Shown here: piece after piece, positions 56,664 through 64,000 of the stretch
Numbering within the stretch: the first letter of the stretch is position 1
How the letters are laid out: every line of letters begins with the position of its first letter
NCBI GenBank assembly: GCA_003249645.1
Contig: QKIH01000035.1
Span: forward strand, 6,495 to 70,494
Direction of reading: 5' to 3'
Origin: Desulfobulbaceae bacterium
GTDB taxonomy: Bacteria; Desulfobacterota; Desulfobulbia; Desulfobulbales; Desulfocapsaceae
DNA length: 64,000 bases
The notes under the pieces: generated by a model
Database searches by the model: none
What the model was told of the DNA's origin: nothing
What the model saw: only the letters and a program-made list of their open reading frames with translations
Position numbers and translations under genes: made by a program

Positions 56664-57360
56664 TGGCTACAAATTCACTTACACCCTTCTCAGTAATGCT
56701 GGTGGTACGATCATTACCTTCACAAACTGCACCGCGAACACCGATAATATCACAATCGATATCAAAAACCATGTCCATGTGCTCTTTTCTTACAGAACCG
56801 GCAAGAGCTGTTCCAAGACCAAGTTCTTTCGCCAGGTTCACGAAATCTTTTAATTCCTGAACAGACATATTGTCAAAAAGGGTAGAACCGTCTTTGATCT
56901 TGGTGTCAAGCATAGCAACATCAGAGCCGGAGTCTTTAGCTGCTCTAACAACATCGAGTGCAGAGACGCCGCCGAACTTTGCAAAATCGGCATAACCGCA
57001 AGCTACTTTAATAACATCGGTTCTTACCATGTTAATAGCTTTAACAGATGCAGACATCATTGCCAGGGCGTCGTCATAATTTTTTGCACCATACAGACCG
57101 GCTTTCAAATAATCCGCACCGCAGTGTGCAGCACCAAAAGATGCTAACGCGATAGTACCTGGAATATTTGGAAGATCACCTAATGCGGCGCTGCAGAGTA
57201 CCGGTTCATCTTTGAATTCTTCACAAATAGCCTTTGTTACCCATGGCCCTTGAGCACCCAGAGAACCTTCTTTTACGTTCTTGATATCAACTATATCGCA
57301 ACCGCCGCGAACAACGATACGAGCTTCTTCAAGGGATATCGGACTGATCAGTACTTTCAT
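56647..57360 (-). CDS. MfnB-like (DUF556) class I aldolase-type enzyme, homologue of 4-(hydroxymethyl)-2-furancarboxaldehyde-phosphate synthase
   Basis: 237 aa. Collinear with archaeal MfnB as recalled: VLISPISLEEA...GGCDIVDIKNVKEGSLGA..PWV, GADYLKAGLYG, DVAMLDTKIKDGSTLFD and CDIIGVRGA.C. The catalytic Lys (DIKN) and the D..K (DTKIKDG) are conserved. Confidence 0.8.
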   Translation of the reverse strand: MKVLISPISLEEARIVVRGGCDIVDIKNVKEGSLGAQGPWVTKAICEEFKDEPVLCSAALGDLPNIPGTIALASFGAAHCGADYLKAGLYGAKNYDDALAMMSASVKAINMVRTDVIKVACGYADFAKFGGVSALDVVRAAKDSGSDVAMLDTKIKDGSTLFDNMSVQELKDFVNLAKELGLGTALAGSVRKEHMDMVFDIDCDIIGVRGAVCEGNDRTTSITEKGVSEFVASVRKN

Positions 57361-57912
57361 TGAAACACCTTTTAAAATTTGTTCGGTTAAAATTAAAAAT
57401 TACAAATTTAAATTCTGTATATAAAACTGTCAAGCTCTCGGCTCAACTCATTAATGAATAAACTCAACATTAATAATTGAATTATTGCAGGAACGCAACT
57501 ACTCATGATAAGTTTTGTTACTATTCCCTAACACAGCAGTCATTCAACCCGCCGTAACCGGGGAAAATATCACCCTCGATGCTTTACATAATCACACCAT
57601 ATTATTACTGAATAACTTCTATAAGCTATCGAAGAAAACAGTGAGCTTGAGAAAAAAGAACCTCCCCAGAAAAATCACATTTTATTCGTATGATAATGAA
57701 AAAGGAATAAAAGACATCAGCCCAGAGGTGTTTTGTTCTCTCCCCGTCTCTTAAATATGATACTGGCACCAACCGCCCATTTATGCTATTTAAAAGGGTC
57801 TTCTAAGCATGAAGACGAACGCATATTAACAATATATTAAGTTCAGCTCAACACGATTTCGTTTTTGGGCCGACGTTTGATTTTTATCAACAGGACACGT
57901 TCACCAAAAGAA

Positions 57913-58929
57913 ATGGCCAACACATTCCAGAAGCATCTTCGCAATTTCCTTATCACAGCAAGGATTGAATTAGCCGGTTTTTCATTTGTAGCAGTCATCG
58001 GGGCAATGACTGTCTGCGGAACCGCCATATCACTGCCTGATGTCTTCATGCTGTTTCTTTTCAATGTTCTCCTGGTCATCTTCGGCTTCGTGCATAACGA
58101 TTACGAGGATTACGAAATAGACAAACGCCTCCCGGAACTTTCCAACAGACCCTTAGTCAATGGCTCAGTTTCCACCAAAACTGCTTTCTACTGGTCTCTG
58201 CTACTGTTTATTCTACCGGTTCTTCTGGCCCATATCTATTACGGCAGCCTGCAGACCACCCTGCTGCTCCTTGCAGCGTTTATCCTTGCGGCAACATATA
58301 ACAAGTTTTCCAAAAGTATGCTCGGTGCCGATATTTTTTACGGCATTTCATCAGGAGCACTCTTTCTTTTCGGTTCTTCCGCAGTTCTAAAGGATCAAGA
58401 CCATTTTTCAACCTTTACACTTATGATGACAGGGGTCATGGTGCTTGAGCATCTCTTTTTCAATATTGCCTCAGGCCAACTGAAAGACGTACGCTTTGAC
58501 CGCGAAGCTGGGGTTAAAACCCTTGCCGTTGCAATGAGCCACGTAGAAAACGGCGGCACCTGCATACACCTGCCGTTCAAAATTCTCTGCCTAGTGATAA
58601 AAATCCTTACCTATTCAATTATTTTTTCGTTATTCATCTTTTCAATACTGCCAGTCTACACATGGCAGATTATTGTCTTGGGGATTTTTACCTGCGGGTC
58701 GTTCTACCTTACCATGGCACTTCTGAAAACACCGATTGAACAGCGTGATAAAATCCTGGAATACTCGAGGAAGCAGGAGATGTTTTCAAAATCTTTGACA
58801 CCAATAGTCCTGTTGCCTCAAATAGGCATAATCTGGCTGCTTATTTTTACAGTCGGCCCTGTTATCTGGTTTTCTTTTTTCAATTTTATCCTTAACCGGG
58901 AATTTCTCGGCAATCCCAAGACTTTTTAG
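57913..58929 (+). CDS. UbiA-family prenyltransferase
   Basis: About 9 TM helices and the first Asp-rich motif NDYEDYEIDKR. The start is taken as ATG 57913 (MANTFQ); the ORF track starts at 57865. Confidence 0.8.
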   Translation: MANTFQKHLRNFLITARIELAGFSFVAVIGAMTVCGTAISLPDVFMLFLFNVLLVIFGFVHNDYEDYEIDKRLPELSNRPLVNGSVSTKTAFYWSLLLFILPVLLAHIYYGSLQTTLLLLAAFILAATYNKFSKSMLGADIFYGISSGALFLFGSSAVLKDQDHFSTFTLMMTGVMVLEHLFFNIASGQLKDVRFDREAGVKTLAVAMSHVENGGTCIHLPFKILCLVIKILTYSIIFSLFIFSILPVYTWQIIVLGIFTCGSFYLTMALLKTPIEQRDKILEYSRKQEMFSKSLTPIVLLPQIGIIWLLIFTVGPVIWFSFFNFILNREFLGNPKTF

Positions 58930-58936
58930 CATTGCC

Positions 58937-59665
58937 ATGGACAAAGCAGCAACCCCAAGTGCCCGTTTTATCAAGGCCGTCAAATTGCAACTTGCCCATA
59001 AAGCAATTCAAGCACTGTCGTTCTTTCCACAAGCAGCCCTTAAAAATTGCGCCCAGTTCGGCCAGTCTGTTGAATTCGCCTGGTGGATTCAAAGATATTT
59101 CGGTAAGTCCGCACCTTTTTTCCCCAGCCGTGAAAGGCTATGGCAGCAGATTCTTCATGAGCTCCCTGCAAACAATGAGCTTTATGGTTATGAATTCGGC
59201 GTTGCTTACGGATATCTGACAAACTGGTGGCTGAACAGGTGCCCTTCTATTATAAAATGGTTCGGTTTTGATACATTTACCGGCTTGCCTGAAGCCTGGC
59301 TTCATTTTGATCAGGGCGCATTCGATGCAAAAGGAAAACCTCCTGAAATAGATGATCAGCGAATTAGCTGGATCATCGGCAAAGTTGAAGAGACCTTCAC
59401 TCCAGAAACGTTTTCAGAACTGGCTGCCTCATGCAGCGATTCCGGAACCCGAATTTTCCTCTTTGACATGGATTTATACCAGCCGACCCGACAAGCTCTG
59501 GATACTATTCTCCCCAGACTGAAGAAAGGTGATATCCTCTATTTTGATGAAGCAGGTGATCTTGATGAACGCCGGGCTATCATGGACGTTTGTGATATCC
59601 TTCGGGAAACAACCAATCTTATCGGCTACACACCTATGGCTATGGCTCTTCGGAGGACCATATGA
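58937..59665 (+). CDS. class I SAM-dependent methyltransferase (TylF/macrocin O-methyltransferase-like)
   Basis: 242 aa. Has YEFGVAYG, FGFDTFTGLPE and FLFDMDLYQPTRQALDTILPRLKKGDILYFDE, as in the TylF family. Confidence 0.75.
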   Translation: MDKAATPSARFIKAVKLQLAHKAIQALSFFPQAALKNCAQFGQSVEFAWWIQRYFGKSAPFFPSRERLWQQILHELPANNELYGYEFGVAYGYLTNWWLNRCPSIIKWFGFDTFTGLPEAWLHFDQGAFDAKGKPPEIDDQRISWIIGKVEETFTPETFSELAASCSDSGTRIFLFDMDLYQPTRQALDTILPRLKKGDILYFDEAGDLDERRAIMDVCDILRETTNLIGYTPMAMALRRTI

Positions 59666-60756
59666 AACAAAAAGTTGTACAGATAATAGCGCCTTGCTGG
59701 GATAATAAGGGCGACAGACTGATGATAGATTCGCTTTACCAGGAACTTGGCGAGCGTTACTACCTGCCGACCCCTTTCTGGAACATGGTCCCGGCTGACA
59801 AGTTCTGGGGGCCCGTGAATTTTTTCAAAATGAGCCTGCTGGGAGGAAAACGTTTTTTCCAGACCTTGAGACACGGCAAGCCGTCCGTCTTTCTCGATGC
59901 CTCAGGCTATCAACTGGGCGATCCATGGGTGAAACTGAGCCTTGCCCTCAGTATGCGTCTTAATTTTTACCAATACTACAAGAAAAAAGGGGTTAAGCTG
60001 ATAATGCTGCCCCAGTCTATGGGGCCGTTTAATGAACCGCTGGTAGCCTCGAATGCTGCCGGTATCCTCCAGCTGGCTGATCTAATCTTTGTCCGTTGTG
60101 AAGAATCAAGGCAACACGCACTTTCCATCGGCTGCCCAGAATCAAAACTCTTTCTCGCACCTGATTACTCAAATCTGGTATGCCCACCACCGCCTTCTTC
60201 CCCATCCAGATGGGCCGATGTCGTCTGTATTGTCCCCAGTGTAAGAATGCTCGACAAAACCCCGGCCAAGCTCAAAGACCACTATATTGATGCCATAAAA
60301 TATTATATCGAGCTCATCCACCAAAAAGGTCTAACCCCCTGTTTTCTTGTCCATCAGGAAGAGGATCTTCAACTGGCGATCTCAATCAATAACACCCTGA
60401 ATGAAAAGATAATGATGCTTGATCCTGAACCACAAGAGGCAAAGCAGATTCTCGGTGCCTGCCATACAGTAATCGCCTCAAGATTTCATTCAATCGTCAG
60501 TTCGCTCTCGCAGGCTACACCCTGTATCGGCACCGGCTGGACACATAAATATCAATCCTTGTTCAGAGACTACGAGAGTGAGCAATATCTCTTCTCGCGT
60601 TTTGATTCAAAAGATGCGATTGTGGAAAGTTTTGAGCAGATAATAAACGAGGAAAACCGAATTCTCCTTAAAAAGACGCTGCAGAGAAAAGCAGAAGATA
60701 ACCGCCAGCGCACCCGAGAGATGTACGCCAAGCTGATTGAGACCATCGAAAGCTGA
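59662..60756 (+). CDS. polysaccharide pyruvyl transferase family protein
   Basis: 364 aa. N-terminal NKGDRLM and C-terminal VIASRFHSIVSSLSQATPCIG are typical of the WcaK/CsaB-like PS_pyruv_trans family. Confidence 0.8.
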   Translation: MKQKVVQIIAPCWDNKGDRLMIDSLYQELGERYYLPTPFWNMVPADKFWGPVNFFKMSLLGGKRFFQTLRHGKPSVFLDASGYQLGDPWVKLSLALSMRLNFYQYYKKKGVKLIMLPQSMGPFNEPLVASNAAGILQLADLIFVRCEESRQHALSIGCPESKLFLAPDYSNLVCPPPPSSPSRWADVVCIVPSVRMLDKTPAKLKDHYIDAIKYYIELIHQKGLTPCFLVHQEEDLQLAISINNTLNEKIMMLDPEPQEAKQILGACHTVIASRFHSIVSSLSQATPCIGTGWTHKYQSLFRDYESEQYLFSRFDSKDAIVESFEQIINEENRILLKKTLQRKAEDNRQRTREMYAKLIETIES

Positions 60757-60832
60757 ACCAGAAAAAAAACGTCCCCTATCCTGCAGCCCAGCTGTATCGC
60801 AGCCATGGTTCAGGATAGAAATGCGTTGCTGA

Positions 60833-61855
60833 TCAGAGGTTGCTCATTCGCTTTTTCCCATGCCACATTCCCCGCATGGAATAGCTCACTTCAAGTTCAT
60901 TGCGACAGTTATACCAGCAGTTTTGACACCTGTTTTGCTGATGTTTTTCTTTCAGCCGCTTCAACAGAGTGGCATTATCATCCAGCAGGACATGCCCGAC
61001 CGGGTTCGCCTGGTCTTCCGGACATTTAGCAACAAAGCCGCGGGGATCTATATTGATCATATATTTCCCGGCTATGCAGCCGGGAACGCCTTTACTGATC
61101 GCCTGATCAAACTTTTCCAAAACGACTCGATTGGTTACGAAATGAGGATATTTTTCATGAAGCTCCAGAAGCTTTTGGGATACCGGCTCCGGATACTGCA
61201 TTGAATTATCATGGGTTTTCAAGTTCGAGTAAGCCTGAACTCGAAATGTGCAACCGATATCTCTGGTCATTCTAGCTATCTCGTCCAGATCACCTAAATT
61301 ATCCTTGAGCAGGGTAAACATGAGATTAACCTGAGGCCTACCGTTTACCTGTTCACTGCGAAAAATCTCTAGCGCCCTTAAAGCACGCTCATAGGCTCCT
61401 GGAAAACCTCGATTCTCATCATGTTTTTCAGCACTCGCATAATCGAGGCTGACTCCGACCCCCCACAATCCAGCTTTAACAATGTCTCTGGCCCGTTCAC
61501 GTGTTACAAGTGAACCGTTGGTACTGATAAAAGAAAAATGGTGTTCATCCATGGCTGAGATTATCTGGGGAAGATCTTCGCGCATGAGAGGCTCGCCGCC
61601 AGTCATGGATATCATCATCGGGCCGATCTGGGCGATTTTTCTTGCGCCCTGCCGGATTTCTTCAAGGCTCATCTGTTCACTGTTCAGTTCTTTCTGCCAG
61701 ACCGAACAGAATTTACAGCGGAAATTACACTTATCCGTGAGCTGCCAGGAGCACCATACAGGACGGCGCATGACAAACGATCGAAAGAAACCTGAATTTT
61801 TACGAAACTTTTCTATGAACATTCCTTTATTCGACATACCCTGCAACTCACCCAA
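60833..61855 (-). CDS. radical SAM enzyme with C-terminal SPASM/twitch-like Cys cluster
   Basis: 340 aa. CNFRCKFC (CxxxCxxC) near the N-terminus and a GGEPL glycine-rich motif. The C-terminal part contains C...KCPED...CQNCWYNC. Confidence 0.88.
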   Translation of the reverse strand: MGELQGMSNKGMFIEKFRKNSGFFRSFVMRRPVWCSWQLTDKCNFRCKFCSVWQKELNSEQMSLEEIRQGARKIAQIGPMMISMTGGEPLMREDLPQIISAMDEHHFSFISTNGSLVTRERARDIVKAGLWGVGVSLDYASAEKHDENRGFPGAYERALRALEIFRSEQVNGRPQVNLMFTLLKDNLGDLDEIARMTRDIGCTFRVQAYSNLKTHDNSMQYPEPVSQKLLELHEKYPHFVTNRVVLEKFDQAISKGVPGCIAGKYMINIDPRGFVAKCPEDQANPVGHVLLDDNATLLKRLKEKHQQNRCQNCWYNCRNELEVSYSMRGMWHGKKRMSNL

Positions 61856-61894
61856 AATTATCCAACTTCAACCATACCAACCTGCAAGACCATA

Positions 61895-62821
61895 CTATTC
61901 GCGCGGAACCCGGTCCTCTGACTGCCAAATGCTGAAAATTAAAGCCAATCCGGCTGAAAAGTTCACCTTTTCATTAAAAAGAGGACTGTCTTCAAAGGAG
62001 GCACCGGCAAGATAATCAATATTGGTGTAGCCCCTTATCGAAAAGCGGTCAACAACATGATAGGTCAGGTCAAGGGAGAGAGACGCGCCAGAATATCCTC
62101 CACTTGCCTTGTACGCGGGACGTGTTGCAGTAGCATCTTCTGGACTCACTTCATAATAATAGGAAGCGAGTTCGGAATCGATGACGCCGACAGCTGCTCC
62201 GGCAACAAATTCAAGCTGCTTATTAGGCAGAAAATCAAAGTTTTCATAATAGAGAATAAGTTTGCTCTGCAATCCTCGGTAATCAGCAGTCAGGCTGTCA
62301 TCCCAATCACCTGAAATTGCAGCCCGAACCGGTAGGCTGAGATAAAGATCGTAGCCGGAACTCGCCTTCCGATCGAAATAATACTTGATTGCAGGACCGA
62401 CAGCAGTCATTACCCCATCCAGATCATCCATATCTTCACGGGCATCATCGCTTTTATCTACTTCGGCATAAAGAGAGACGTCTAGCGCCCACTTTTCAGA
62501 ATTGAAAAAATGCCCGGTCAGGCTGTCTTCATCCAGATCAATGGTCTCCCCTCGGTAAACCACATAGGGAAATGGAAATGCAAAGACCCTGTTTTCCGAT
62601 GATCCTTTATAATAGGGAACATACGCCATAGCTCCGAATATACCAAATTCAAGCTTAGGATCTGTCGCTCCGTCATATTCTTTTGTGGCGGCAGCATTTT
62701 TTTGCTGCGTCTCAGCAGTATCTGCAGCAGCACTGTCCTGCAGCATACCAAACGATAACACTGAAGCCAGACCGGCTGCAGCCATCACCTTGGCACCATC
62801 CAACTTGTTTACACGTTTCAT
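61895..62821 (-). CDS. MipA/OmpV-family outer-membrane protein
   Basis: 308 aa. Signal peptide and beta-strand-rich sequence with the MipA pattern (YVPYYKGSSENRVFAFPFPYVVYRG). Confidence 0.8.
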   Translation of the reverse strand: MKRVNKLDGAKVMAAAGLASVLSFGMLQDSAAADTAETQQKNAAATKEYDGATDPKLEFGIFGAMAYVPYYKGSSENRVFAFPFPYVVYRGETIDLDEDSLTGHFFNSEKWALDVSLYAEVDKSDDAREDMDDLDGVMTAVGPAIKYYFDRKASSGYDLYLSLPVRAAISGDWDDSLTADYRGLQSKLILYYENFDFLPNKQLEFVAGAAVGVIDSELASYYYEVSPEDATATRPAYKASGGYSGASLSLDLTYHVVDRFSIRGYTNIDYLAGASFEDSPLFNEKVNFSAGLALIFSIWQSEDRVPRE

Positions 62822-62830
62822 GTTATCCCC

Positions 62831-63934
62831 TCAGTTTTTTTGTTTATTCCAAATATCTAGACGATTTAAAACATATTCTACAAGCTTTTTATTCCCGCAC
62901 GGAAAGGCGTTTTCCGCTATCCGCTCCCGATAGTATTCTATTTGCCCCAGAAAACCAGAAAAATCATATCTTTCAGCTTTGCTGCCGGTCTGATAACATT
63001 CTCCAAAACCGCAATGACGGATATAAAACCCGTTTATCTCCTGTTCAGCCTGGTTTTTCACTGGAAAACAGATCACCGGCTTACCGAAATACAGAGCCTC
63101 ACTCAAGGTGGAATAACCTCCGTTAACCACAGCAAAGCGGCAACTTGCAAGATCACGAATAAAATCAGGTTCATTAAACGGTCGCAGATTATGTCCCCGA
63201 ATCCCCGCTGATGCGCCATAGACCCGTTTTTCTCCGGGCAGACTGTCCAGCACAGACTGGAGAGACGACATCGTTGCAGAAGTCTGATAGACTAGAACAT
63301 GACTGCCGCATTCCACCTTCTGGCTCAATACTTCCGGCCGCAATATCGGTCCGACAAGCAGCCTTTCATGACCTGCTTTTTTTTTTCTCCAGGGCGGATG
63401 AAAAAAAGAGGTTATTACCCGTGCAGAAGGCCATGGATAGGTGGTCGAATTAGAAAAATGGAGTAAGCCCATATTAAAGGAGGACACCGTATTCTTTTCA
63501 AGAGCACATTCGGTGGTTACCTGCTGATGATCAAAAGCAATCACCGGCACCCTCAACATATTACCGGTAATACTGGTAAGCGGCTCATAATCGCTGATAA
63601 CACCTGCCAACCTGCACTGTCTGGCCCTTCTCATAATCAACGAAAAGGCTCCAGGCCCATGAAATATAGAGTTCATGTTGTTCCAGGTCGTGCGCGGCAA
63701 ATGCAGCCTGTTATCCGCATAATGCATCTGCATACCAGGCACCTCGTGAACGAGGCAGTCTCTAAATTTTTCCCGGCAGAGCTTGATTACCCTTCTGGAA
63801 GAAAAAATTTCCACCCGGTAACCAGCTGCAAAGAGTTCCCGGATAAGAACCGTCGCCCGGGAATAATGGCCCAGACCTTCGCCGCAAATACCATAAAAAA
63901 CAGTCCGCTTATTGGGCTGTGATGAATTATCCAT
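62831..63934 (-). CDS. glycosyltransferase (GT-B fold, MJ1255/TIGR00661-like)
   Basis: 367 aa. N-terminal GEGLGHYSRATVL and C-terminal VVNGGYSTLSEALYFGKPVICFPV...EQEING match the MurG/UDP-glycosyltransferase-like pattern. Confidence 0.8.
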   Translation of the reverse strand: MDNSSQPNKRTVFYGICGEGLGHYSRATVLIRELFAAGYRVEIFSSRRVIKLCREKFRDCLVHEVPGMQMHYADNRLHLPRTTWNNMNSIFHGPGAFSLIMRRARQCRLAGVISDYEPLTSITGNMLRVPVIAFDHQQVTTECALEKNTVSSFNMGLLHFSNSTTYPWPSARVITSFFHPPWRKKKAGHERLLVGPILRPEVLSQKVECGSHVLVYQTSATMSSLQSVLDSLPGEKRVYGASAGIRGHNLRPFNEPDFIRDLASCRFAVVNGGYSTLSEALYFGKPVICFPVKNQAEQEINGFYIRHCGFGECYQTGSKAERYDFSGFLGQIEYYRERIAENAFPCGNKKLVEYVLNRLDIWNKQKN

Positions 63935-64000
63935 GTCAGCAGTCCACCGTCAACCGGCTTCGATTCGAGTTCCCAGAACATTTTCGCCCCTCAAGAACCC

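Noticed and set aside
57764-57779. TGGCAC, which resembles a sigma54 -24 element, occurs in the long spacer.
   Set aside because: The spacing and sequence at the -12 position (TGGCACCAACCGCCCA) lack the required TTGC/GC element.
1-64000. The first ~19 kb (pil, uvrA) appears AT-richer than 19-40 kb (gcv, Tad), which might suggest a horizontally acquired Tad island. CRISPR arrays and IS elements were also looked for across the window.
   Set aside because: I cannot compute GC or codon statistics here. The housekeeping gcv genes share the GC-richer look, so this is not evidence for an island. No CRISPR-like spaced direct repeats or IS terminal repeats were noticed.

Overview
Densely coding chromosomal window from a Gram-negative bacterium. 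Secretins, lipoproteins, a Tat-exported [NiFe] hydrogenase, a split GcvP and many signalling proteins suggest a Desulfobacterota-type anaerobe, but the taxon cannot be verified here. I support about 60 genes and one tRNA (tRNA-Sec). I saw no rRNA, CRISPR array, transposase or integrase.

Gene order:
- pyrC'-pyrB-lepB (-)
- pilMNOP plus an atypical split secretin module (+)
- secB, uvrA and a CoA-binding protein (-)
- glyQ, then tRNA-Sec (-)
- a ZAS-like protein with a poly-(M-D5) acidic tail, a GGDEF protein, glycerate kinase and an EamA transporter
- lipA-lipB-gcvPB-gcvPA-gcvH-gcvT-lrp (-) with divergent lpd
- a ~13 kb non-canonical Tad/Flp pilus locus (27.2-40.1 kb)
- a hybrid histidine kinase and a DUF4405 protein
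- a terminator-bounded three-gene unit: [NiFe] hydrogenase large subunit, small subunit, methyl-accepting chemotaxis protein (44.5-48.7 kb)
- an MFS transporter plus homocysteine S-methyltransferase
- an envelope/lipid-type cluster (51.5-63.9 kb): an MfnB-like to RND exporter operon, a UbiA/methyltransferase/pyruvyl-transferase operon, and a glycosyltransferase/MipA/radical-SAM operon

Most interesting candidates:
1. The hydrogenase has sensor-type hallmarks: no C-terminal extension on the large subunit, and Gln instead of His after the RxCGxC motif. Yet its small subunit carries a Tat signal, and the genes are fused into an operon with a heme-c (CxxCH) chemoreceptor. This may be a periplasmic H2-taxis module.
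2. The Tad locus has an FHA-CpaF ATPase, no TadZ or TadV, and five proteins sharing a G-Q-type prepilin leader. Its CpaB carries a ~360-aa periplasmic repeat extension.
3. A tight five-gene operon links an MfnB-like furan-phosphate synthase homologue to a flippase-like protein, a TatT/DctP-like pair and an RND exporter.

All functional calls rest on reading the translated ORFs and on recalled family motifs. No database search was run.
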